42,447 bases of DNA from Octopus bimaculoides (lineage: Eukaryota): NCBI RefSeq assembly GCF_001194135.2, contig NC_068989.1:75469132-75511578 (forward strand). Direction: 5' to 3'. The notes under the pieces are model-generated. The model made no database searches. It had not been told where the DNA came from and saw nothing but the letters and a program-made list of their open reading frames with translations. Made by a program: the position numbers and the translations under genes. This document shows, piece after piece, positions 33,550-42,447 of the stretch (position 1 is its first letter; every line of letters begins with the position of its first letter).

Positions 33550-33857
33550 AGTGCTGGTGCCAGGTAAAAAGCATCCAGTCAACGCTGCAAAGTGGTTGAC
33601 ATTTGGAAGGGCATCCAGCTGTAAAAACCATACCAAATCTGATTTCACCTATGCTTTTGCCATGTAAAAAGCACTCAGTCCACTCTGCTGGGTGGTTGGT
33701 GTTAGGAAGGGCATCCAGCACTAAAGACTATGCCAAAACAGACACAGAAGCCTGGTGCAGTCTTCTGCCTGGCTGGCTCCTGACAAACCATCCAATCCAT
33801 GCCAACATGAAAGATGGACATTAAACAATGATGATGATGATGATGATGATGATGATT
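33550..33857 (+). mobile_element. Family B retroposon
   Basis: Two aaaaagca modules, aggaagggcatccag, (GAT)n tail. Confidence 0.8.
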
Positions 33858-34461
33858 ATTATATATACAGGTGCGGGAGTGGCTGTGTGGTAAGTAGCTT
33901 GCTTACCAACCACATGGTTCCGGGTTCAGTCTCACTGCATGGCACCTTGCTTCAAAACATGTGAGTGTTGGCGACAAGAAGGGTATCAAACCATAGAAAA
34001 TCTACCTCAGTAAATTTTACCCCATCCATGCAAGCATGGAGAATAGATGTTAAGACAACAACAATAATGACAGCAACGATGATTTCCTTATGTTGTATTT
34101 CTGACGGTACCACTTTTACATGTTGACAAAGTGTATAGCAAATGTAGTCGTTTGTGCTAGATCAAGGCAAGCAAAAAGATGTAGGGCTTGTCCAAGGTCA
34201 CAACCATCAGACCAACAATAAAAACTGTGGAAACTATGAGTGTAGGAAATTTTACACTTAGTCATTAAAAAGAGTTATTCTGACTGAATTAGTCATCTGG
34301 TTAATTTGTTACCCAATATGTTGAAAAAGTATACAATTTTTTAACATTAAATTTTTTTTTTCTTTTTGTTGCTAGCATTTGTTCACAAAGGTTCTATTGT
34401 TATAATACAGAACACTTTATAAATAGATAGACTATGAAAATTCAGTTTTACACCTATACTT

Positions 34462-34945
34462 TATACTTGTTTCAGTCATGTAACTGTGGCCATACTGGAG
34501 CACTGCCTTGAAGGGTTTTTTGTCGAACAAATCAACCCCAGGAATTATTTTCTATGGCCTAGTATTTATTCTATCACCATCACTGGTTATCAAGTGGTGG
34601 TGGTGGGACAAACACAAAGACACACACATAGATACATCATCATCATCATCATCGTTTAACGTCCGTTTTCCATGCTGGCATTGGTTGGATGGTTTGACTG
34701 GGGACTGGCAAGCCAGGAGGCTGCACCAAGCTCCCATCTGATCTGGCAGTGATATATGTATATAAAAAAGAATATAAAAATGGGATAAGAATGCAACAGG
34801 TGACAAAACATCCAGACAGTTGGATGATACAAAAAGGGATCCATTCACAAGTATACATTTGCCCAAGGTGTCAGGCAGTGGGACTGAACTCGGAACCATG
34901 TGATTGGGAAGCAAGCTTCTTACCACACAAGCACGCCAGCGCCTA
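34462..34945 (-). mobile_element. SINE family A split by a family B tail fragment (34635-34750)
   Basis: Family A tail at 34462-34630 and head at 34855-34945, with a (CAT)n-tailed B fragment between them. Confidence 0.78.
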
Positions 34946-35571
34946 TATTTTTGTCACTAAATGTTAAAATATTTATCACAATTAGTGATATATTTTGTCA
35001 CTTGAAAGCTCAGGATTTTTTAAAGTGCAATTCACAGAACTCCTGGTTTCTGCGAAAAAAAAAAAAAAAAAAATCTCAGAGTTTTATGCGTTTGTTTTTT
35101 AATAATATTTAGTAAAAATCTATTTTGTAAAAAAACAATCGTTTCTATCACTTACAAAACATAATTTTTGTGTGAATTGTCTCACGGAAACAGTTTTTGT
35201 TTCATCTAGTGACTTATTAAAATTAGAGTAGTTCGGGTTGTTCGTAAGATATAGGCATGAGTTCCGCTGTTTCTTTGTAAATCGTCCAAGAGCTTCATAA
35301 CAAAAATAGCTGAAGGACTGTCGACCTGTTTTGTCGGCACGGTAATAATTTTGTTTAAGGGATGCTACTCAAGAGTTATTTCCCCTGTTATTTCTTTTGT
35401 TCAATTGTGAATTTTAAATAATGCGTTGTAAATCGAATGGGAATTGATAATAATTAACCAATAATTATACAATTATACATTGATTAATAGTGTTTGTGCA
35501 GTTGTAGTTAATAATTTGTAAAAATACAAGATAAGAAATTATTCTTTAAATATCCCCTCAATTTTCGAGCT

Positions 35572-35930
35572 GGCAGAAGTGATGGGGGAAAAAAATGGAT
35601 GTTTCTGGGTAAGAGGTAGGTGCCTCATTTGGGAAGCCACAGACAGTGACTTATTTGCTCCCTCCCACATCCTAGATGCTGCAGTAAATGGGAGGGTCAC
35701 TGCTTCTGTAGCTAAATGGAATAAAATCCTAAACTATCTGGACTTGTCAGTGAACCATTTCTTCTATCCTGTGGCATTTGAGATGTTTAGAAGAACTAGG
35801 CTATTGACAGTGAAGTTCTTGCTGTCAGTGACTTGCCTTTCCAAGGTATTAGGTGATACCCATGAAGGTACTTAGCTGTCCCAATGCCTTGCCATTGCTG
35901 GCGGTAATGTCACAAAGGATTTTGGCTTGC
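35572..35930 (+). pseudogene. Restriction-like endonuclease domain relic of a CRE-type non-LTR retrotransposon
   Basis: GRSDGGK/KNG..W.RGRCLIWEATDSDLFAPSH..K..Y.DLS..F.PVAFE..GDTHE..SQCLAIAGGN resembles R.DG.RPDG..PW..G..L.WD.T..D..APS..KY..L..PVA.ET.G..QR.S.A.QRGN. Confidence 0.65.
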
Positions 35931-36207
35931 TTCTATAAGTTCCATTGATCCATATGGTGTATGACCAATCGATGCACTTAATTTTGAGTTGATGTTCCTT
36001 TTCTTTTTCTTTTTTTCTTTCTTTGCTCATGGTTGTATTTTTTTCAATCTTTGATTTATATTCTAATGTGAAATATGTAATTCACTATGTATGTTGTAAC
36101 AATAAATTTTCACGGAAAGATAGAAAAATTAAATCAAACATGTTTCTTTTATATATTCAAAATATGATACATATAAATGTTTCTTTTTTGTTTTTGTTTT
36201 GGCCCAG

Positions 36208-36297
36208 GCTTGAACTATTAAAGCAGATCTGTAATTCCAATAAAAATAGATTAAAAAAGTACCACCCTGCTGCCTATATTGGTAACCATTGGTTATG
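36208..36297 (+). CDS. RASA3: RASA3-like exon (PH helix / Btk motif)
   Basis: ggcccag| LELLKQICNSNKNRLKKYHPAAYIGNHWL(C) |gtaagt; phase 2 to 2. Confidence 0.95.
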
Positions 36298-36362
36298 GTA
36301 AGTTTTCTTTGAGTTTTATCTAGTTCTAATAATTTCCAGTTCTATCCTGTCCAACTCAATGT

Positions 36363-36955
36363 TTTAAATTTAGAAATAATGCATTTCTAAATCTCTCAGA
36401 GAGATTTATGCAGCAGTGATACGATGAAGTAGTTGTATGCTGTCAACTTAATGTGACAGTCCCATGAAGGTAATAATACTACTGTTGGTTAGACTTAGGA
36501 AGCTGCACCGCTTCCTGTTGGCCTCGACACATTTCCTGTGTCCTTATGTTTACAAGGCGGGGGTGGGGGAGACAAGCACCTCCACCCAGCTAAGCCTGCA
36601 TCTAGAGACATGTTTCTGAGTCTTTGCTCGTCATCAATCTGGAGTAGCATGACCTGCTAGTCGAAGATGCCTGTCAAGCTCTTGTAAACATATAATAATT
36701 CTAGTGAAATACATTCACTGATTTCAAATTTAGAAATAATACATTTCTAAATCTCTGAGAGATTTATGCAGTAGTGATACGATGAAGTAGTTGTATGCTG
36801 TCAACTTAATGTGACAGTCCCATGAAGGGAATAATACTACTGTTGTTTAGACCTAGGAAACTGCACTACTTCCTGTCGGCCTTGACACATTTCCTGTGTC
36901 CTTATGTTTACAAGGGGGAGACAAGCACCTCCACCCAGCTAAGCCTGCATCCAGG
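36363..36955 (-). mobile_element. Retrozyme-like element F1, about 1.7 head-to-tail monomers (period 349-360 nt)
   Basis: 36363-36606 repeats at 36723-36955, with the hammerhead at the monomer junction and many internal hairpins. Confidence 0.8.
36592..36655 (-). ncRNA. Type I hammerhead ribozyme motif (family F1), C3U variant
   Basis: Minus strand reads GGTCATGC-TAC-TCCAGA TTGATGA CGAG-CAAAGA-CTCA GAAA CATG TC | TCTAGA-T-GCAGG. Confidence 0.82.
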
Positions 36956-37017
36956 CTTAAACATAAGGATACTTGTTGTCAGAAGTGTGTTGCTAGAAGC
37001 TTGTTAATTATTCTTTG

Positions 37018-37038
37018 TGTTTGTGTGTGTGTGTGTGT

Positions 37039-37090
<52 letters not shown>

Positions 37091-37140
37091 TAGTGTGAGA
37101 AAAATGTGAGAGAGAGAAAAAGAGAGAAAAAGAGAGAGAA
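37018..37140. repeat. (TG)n(AG)n microsatellite
   Basis: Read directly. Confidence 0.9.
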
Positions 37141-37407
37141 TGAGTGATGCAAGGGTAATGAACATGTTTGAATGTTACTTGATTTATGAGACTCCTATTT
37201 TTGTTCAGTCAATAAGAAATTAGCTTTAAGTAATGTCAAGACAAAATTAGCTGTGGTATTTCTGATGATGATGATGATGACGCCAACGCCGATGACAGTG
37301 GTTGCGGTGGTGGTGGTGATGTTAGCGATGCTATTTGAGTTTATTTATGTAATGAAACCTATTCCGTCTACCAATTTTTTGCGTCTTCATTCTCTTCCAT
37401 TTGACAG

Positions 37408-37565
37408 TTGTAAGCACACAGACTATAATGCTGAAGGCTGCAAACCCGTGTCTGGGGGACTGCAAGTGGTAGAGATCCAAGTTGATAAGATAGATGCTGA
37501 CCGAGAAGTGGAAAAGATCCATTCTTTGTACTTCACTGCCATGGACAAACTGGAAGGAATGCAAG
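37408..37565 (+). CDS. RASA3: RASA3-like exon (Btk motif and tail)
   Basis: ttgacag| CKHTDYNAEGCKPVSGGLQVVEIQVDKIDADREVEKIHSLYFTAMDKLEGMQ |gtaaga; phase 2 to 1. Confidence 0.95.
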
Positions 37566-37694
37566 GTAAGAAGAATGGTTCTTTACCCTACATTGGATGA
37601 AATAAATCTGTTATTGCTCCAGCTTTTATTTTTTGTTGCTGTTGTTGCTCTTTTACTTCCAATGAAGTAGGTTATTTTTTTCCCTTTTCTCATA

Positions 37695-38377
37695 TTCTTT
37701 TACTTGTCTCAGTAGTCATTTGACTGCGGCCATGCAGGAGCACTGCCTTAAAAGGGTTTTTTGTTTGTTTTTAGTTTAAGAAATCGATCCCAGGAACTTA
37801 TTCTTTGTAAACATAGTACTTATTCTATCAGTCTCTTTTTGATGAACTGCTAAGTTACAGGGATGTAAACACACCGACCTCAGTTGTCTACGATGGTGGC
37901 GGGACAAACACTGACACAAATACACAACCACACAAATATATATATACATACACACACACACGACAGGCTTCTCTCAGTTTCTGNNNNNNNNNNNNNNNNN
38001 NNNNNNNNNNNNNNNNNNNNTATATATGCCGGTGGCACGTAAAAAGCACCCACTACACTCTCAGAGTGGTTGGCATTAGGAAGGGCATCCAGCTGTAGAA
38101 ACTCTGCCAGATCAGATTGGAGCCTGGTGCAGCCTTCTGGCTTGCCCGTCCTCAGTCAAATCGTCCAACTCATGCTAGCATGGAAAGCAGATGTTAAACG
38201 ATGATGATGATGAATATAAATATATATATACATACACACACACACGACAGGCTTCTCTCAGTTTCTGTCTACCAAATCCACTCACAAGGCTTTGGTTGGC
38301 CCAAGGCCATTCAGTGGGATTGAGCCTGGAACCATGTGATTGGGAAGCAAGCTTCTTAGCACACAGCCATGCCTGTG
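37695..38377 (-). mobile_element. SINE family A interrupted by an N-gap and a + strand family B copy (38027-38213)
   Basis: Family A tail at 37695-37983 and head at 38221-38377. Confidence 0.78.
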
Positions 38378-38433
38378 CCTGTTGGAGAAATTAATTTTAT
38401 TGTTTAATACCATTCTCATTACCAGCAACACAT

Positions 38434-38800
38434 CTGTAATGGAGATGTTGAATATATTTCTGTTCGCTAGATGTAGGGGTTCGTCAGAGTTCTGTTTTGA
38501 CACCCACTCTGTTTAATGTCTACATGGACTGGATACCCTGCCTGGTGGTGGCTCAGTTGAACTGCAAAACACTTATTGGTGAAACTAGGACTACTGTCCT
38601 AAATTTTGCAGATGATGCAGAGTTTCTTGAAGAGCCTCTGGAAGTCTTAAGGAGTACTCTCCTTTCACTGAGTGAAGAATCGGAACCACTTGACCTCAGA
38701 GTTTCTTGGGACATGATAAGGATTCAGTCTTTTGTTGGGTTCCTGGGAGACTCCATCTCTGTTGCAGGTGAGAATGTTGAATTCACTGACTGCTTTGTCA
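38434..38800 (+). pseudogene. RTE-type LINE reverse transcriptase fragment
   Basis: GVRQSSVLTPTLFNVYMDW..LNFADD..LRVSW..I..GENVE corresponds to the RT motifs GVRQGCVLAPTLF and (Y/F)ADD; isolated fragment. Confidence 0.85.
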
Positions 38801-39109
38801 AACCCAGCTAACCAGCAGTAGAACTAAGTGTAGATCAAGAATAAGAAGGCCGGATAATATCCATAGTCTTAATGTGGTTACACTTGAAATTCCAGCTGGA
38901 AAGCTTAACGAGGCTTACTTCTGATAAGACCCTATTTGGGAGATACCTAAGGACTCTACCCCCATGCCCCACTATGGAATAGTGGTAGGGGAGGATGGAT
39001 GGATCTACATAGATCTTTAGGGGTGATGTTTAAGCTGAGTTTCTCTTGTGTTAAGCTGATGCCACAGCACCAGAACAGGAAGATAGTCTTTTGCAACCAG
39101 AATCTTTTG

Positions 39110-39290
39110 GCATGCAAAAAGCACCTATTACACTCTTGGAGTGGTTGGTGCTAGGAAGGGCATCCAGTCATAGAAACCATGCCAAATAAGATACGAACCT
39201 GGTGCAGCTCTCCAACTTACCAGTTTCAGTCAAACCATCTAACCCATGCCAGCATGGAAAGCAGACACTAAATGAAAGAGATGAATGATG
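39110..39290 (+). mobile_element. Family B retroposon
   Basis: Same blocks. Confidence 0.8.
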
Positions 39291-39600
39291 ATTCATCTCC
39301 CCCCCCCCATCTATCAAGCATTTATCCCCTATAGTAATGGCATGTAGAACTAAATTTCCTTTGTAATCAAACTATGACTCTGCTGGCAATGGAGAGCAGA
39401 CTCCTGATCCATGAGTCACTGTTCTGATACCATATCCACTTCATTATTTCACTTCCATTAAGTGTTACAAAGTTAGGAGTGTTCTGAATGTCAAATTGTT
39501 GCATTCACACTTCCCTACACACATTTAGTTGTGGCCATTAATGTTTCAATTGAGATTCTTCCTATCAAGAACTGGAACTGGGATACAAATTTCAGTCATT

Positions 39601-39826
39601 TTAAACCATATTTCTGTGGAATTACACCACCTTTGTTTCTGTGAATTTAAAAATTAGTTAAGAATCTAGTGAAATAACTTTGGCCTTAGTTAATCTGGTG
39701 TTTGGAACATAGATCATATGAAAATTTGGTGGAAGGTTGTAATTTAGATCACCATAAAACTGAAAGTTTGTATTATACAACCAGGGGCAGTCTCAGGTGG
39801 GGTTTGGTATCATAAGTGTTTTTTAA
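39601..39826 (-). mobile_element. MITE family 1, reverse
   Basis: Reverse complement of the 15638-15869 blocks, TTAA at both ends. Confidence 0.72.
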
Positions 39827-40101
39827 CTTTAAATGTGATTAATATTATATACAGTGGAGAAGATAAGTCAAATACGTAGCTGAAAGAAAAGGATGGGGAA
39901 GGTTAGCTGCAGATGTTTTTTTGTGCTGGACAATTTGGTAACGCTTTCGTGCGCGTACACACACACTCACATCACATAGCGAAAAGAGACAGACCAGAAT
40001 ACATCCGAATGTAAATCAAATAGTTGAAATACCGAGTTACTTCCCCTTTACTTCACACGTAAAAAACGGCAATTAATAGAAAACCTTTTATTGATATGTT
40101 G

Positions 40102-40145
<44 letters not shown>

Positions 40146-40801
40146 CAAAGTATTTTGTAGTCATCTGTGTATCATACTAAATATTTATAAGGCATGCTGC
40201 TGTGGTTTTTGTCTGAGAGAACACGTGTTAAAAGGACCATGTATATCAATGTGAAATTAACCATATGACAGCAGTGATTCATGGAAATGTTAGACACATT
40301 TTACTCCGCTTGGGTACATGTGATTGACAAGCCCCAGGTTGCAGGAATGGGTAAGGAAGGGAGAGGCAGGCATAGTACATGAAAGAAGTGGTTTTTTATT
40401 TCTTAAACCCCTAAGATCTGGGGCTCACCTCCTTGTCTAACTTCACCCTTCAGTTTTGGGCCCCTGAGCAAAAAATTAAATAGTTACATATATAGCTCAT
40501 GAGTAAAGATTGCAGGCAAACTAATGGACGAAATCACAAAAAAATTCCAAAGAATAACAATAATAGGCCTTTTTCTTAACTACCGTATTAACATTTAATT
40601 TTTGTGAAAGAAGTCTCAATTTGTCTCCCCACCACCACCACCTCCAGTTATCATAAGCATCATTGTCATCATTATCCTCATCATCATTTAATCAACATTT
40701 TAATGCATTATATATAAAAATAATAAAAAAACAAAAAATAAAAAACAAAAAAAAAACGATACCTCATGTTTCTGAGATATGTGCTTTTTACTTGCATGCA
40801 G

Positions 40802-40822
40802 CTAAAAGGAAGTCTGTCCTAG
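40802..40822 (+). CDS. Candidate 21-nt symmetric microexon of the RASA3-like gene
   Basis: gtgctttttacttgcatgcag|CTAAAAGGAAGTCTGTCCTAG|gtaaga; phase 1 to 1 matches the upstream exon and would encode (A)KRKSVL; no transcript evidence. Confidence 0.4.
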   Translation, partial: LKGSLS

Positions 40823-41255
40823 GTAAGAAATATCACTTGATTAAATGAAGAACCAATCAGTTCTATATTTAAATCGAAATATATTTTTACACTGATGTGT
40901 AAAATATAATTCACTGTTAATAGTTTGATTAAATAAATGTAGCAGCTTTCTGTCTTTTAGTGATACCTGCTTAGTGACTTCCCGTTTTTCCCTTTTTATT
41001 TTTTTTTTTGCGTAACTGTCTACCTGTGTTTAAGTTGTTTGTTGACTTGTAGGAAGTTTGCTGTGTGTCTTAACTCTTAGATAAAAAAAAAAAATTGCTT
41101 CTAAGCCTGGTAACTTATAAAGATGTTTATGTCCTCCAAATGAAACAATAGATTTTTTTTATACAAATAGATTTTCAAAGAAACTTTCAAATATGGTACA
41201 ATTCTATGTTTCTGACTTTGAGGAATTATGAACACCTTTTTTTCTTTTTACACAA

Positions 41256-41410
41256 GTCAGACTGGTGTTTCATCTTGATTGTTCCTATCACTATGTTTCG
41301 GCAGTTGTATGCTCCAGCCATCTTCAAGTGTCCTGTGATTAATCTTAGTGCCTTGTCTGGTATTGAACTCAGAACCTTTAGATGACTGCATTGCATTAAC
41401 CAATAACTCT
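41256..41410 (-). mobile_element. tRNA-headed repeat with a hammerhead-like 3' module
   Basis: Reverse complement: gagttattggttaatgc..ggttctgagttcaatacc..gacacttgaaga..ccgaaacatagtg..caagatgaaacaccagtctgact. Confidence 0.65.
41288..41333 (-). ncRNA. Minimal hammerhead-like motif in a tRNA-headed repeat
   Basis: Minus strand reads GACAC TTGAAGA T GGC...GCC GAAA CATA GTG; decayed from a reconstructed CTGAAGA..GAAACGTA-GTG. Confidence 0.45.
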
Positions 41411-41419
41411 TCTTCTTCT

Positions 41420-41750
41420 TCTTGATGATGATGATGCTGCTGGCATGGGTTGGATGGTTTGACCAGGGCTGCACCAGCCTCCAGTCTGATTTGACATGGT
41501 TTCTACAGCTGGACACCCTTCCTCATGCCAACCACTCCGAGAGTGTATGGATGCCAGTTGCGTGACACCAGTATCTGCCATGACTATGATTTCACTTACC
41601 TTGATGGGTCTTCTACTCGAGCACAGCATATTGCCAAAAGTCTCAGTCATTTGTCATTGCCTCTGCAAGGCCTCACACTGGAAAGATGCTTTCAATGTGC
41701 CACTGGCACAGGTGCTAGTATTGTGGCACCAGCATCGCATCCACTATGCT
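41420..41750 (-). mobile_element. Family B retroposon
   Basis: Reverse complement blocks; lies between the two hammerhead-like repeats. Confidence 0.78.
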
Positions 41751-41875
41751 AATACCTGTAGGCAGTGACAGAGTGAATTTTTAAGATATACAAGCCTCCG
41801 TTGATGTCTTATGTTGGCTCTCTACCAATTGGATAATACAGTTCTATATTTCTGAGATGTGGAATTATGTATGCT

Positions 41876-41992
41876 TGAGTTCAGTCCCAGGCAAGGCGCT
41901 AAGGCAAACCACAAGACACCTGAAGAAAGCTGGAGCACATATCATCCAAAATATAGTGAAAGCAATGACCAAGATGAGGACACCAGTCTGAC
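41876..41992 (+). mobile_element. Second copy of the hammerhead-like module, inverted relative to 41256-41410
   Basis: gagttcagtcccaggcaaggcgctaag..gacacctgaaga..caagatgaggacaccagtctgact. Confidence 0.65.
41915..41958 (+). ncRNA. Minimal hammerhead-like motif, decayed (G12A)
   Basis: GACAC CTGAAGA A AGCTG...CATCC AAAA TATA GTG; homologous to the copy at 41288-41333. Confidence 0.4.
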
Positions 41993-42447
41993 TAAATTAA
42001 GAAATGGTTTGGAATATAGGTTTTATTCTTTTACTATATTGTATTCTTTTACATGTTTCTTATTTTTAAGTCTGGTACTTATCCTATCAGACATTGAATT
42101 GCAGCCATGCTGGAGCACTACCCTGAAAAGTTTAGTGGATCAGATCGAGCCCAGTATTTGTTCTTTTTGCTTGAGTGGTTAAGTTGTGGGAGGAATGTGA
42201 ACAAACTAACACCCACTGTTGAGAAGTGAGATGCAAACACAAAAAGAACAAATGTACGCAGAGAGAGAGAGAGAGACGTGCACGAGCACACACGCACACG
42301 CACGCACACACACATACACGCACACATACACACACATACCCACCCTGGGCTTTTACACTGTTTTTATTTTACAAATTCATTCGCATGCAAGGCATTGGTC
42401 AGTTTGAACCAGTCTGGCAGAACACACTTGTTTAAAGGGCTGTTTAG

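Larger units (their letters stand above)
744..37565 (+). other. RASA3: Partial gene model: GAP1-family RasGAP (RASA3/RASA2-like), 20 exons, open at both ends
   Basis: Spliced translation is collinear with human RASA3 as I recall it. It has two C2 domains, the arginine finger IFRGN, the RasGAP signature [12 protein letters not shown], the PH motif KRAQGR..KNFKRR and the Btk Zn motif HP..Y...W.CC...GC. All 19 introns are GT-AG with matching phases. RASA3 versus RASA2 orthology is not resolved. Confidence 0.95.

Noticed and set aside
34950-35215. Possible inverted-repeat element (gtcactaaatg/catctagtgac, caattcaca/tgtgaattg)
   Set aside because: The matches are short, unevenly spaced and AT-rich, so I cannot distinguish them from chance.
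41859-42182. 107-aa ORF considered as the next RASA3 exon
   Set aside because: No similarity to the expected GAP1 C-terminus; it overlaps the hammerhead-like repeat and a SINE A tail. The remaining exons must lie beyond the window.

Overview
AT-rich, repeat-dense eukaryotic genomic DNA from a gapped draft assembly, with five N-gaps. The SINE and MITE content looks like octopus (coleoid cephalopod); this is an inference. The whole window lies inside one + strand gene, a GAP1-family Ras GTPase-activating protein (RASA3/RASA2-like: C2A-C2B-RasGAP-PH-Btk). I traced 20 consecutive GT-AG exons (744..37565, 2108 nt, 702 full codons). Every splice phase is compatible and there are no stops. The N- and C-terminal exons lie outside the window. 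Almost all ORFs in the supplied track are repeat or microsatellite noise. The introns hold several tRNA-derived SINE families, (GAT)n-tailed retroposons, TTAA-flanked MITEs, a long foldback element, and relics of RTE and CRE-like LINEs. The main finding is six type I hammerhead-ribozyme motifs from four unrelated repeat families inside these introns. Two families look like non-LTR retrozymes (monomers of about 330-360 nt, strongly self-complementary, head-to-tail or terminally redundant). One copy is a 1.7-mer whose 5' end falls at the predicted self-cleavage site. Also notable are a candidate 21-nt microexon and an intronic cluster of NRF1/ETS/YY1/E2F-like motifs. All alignments and folds were done by eye; no searches were run.
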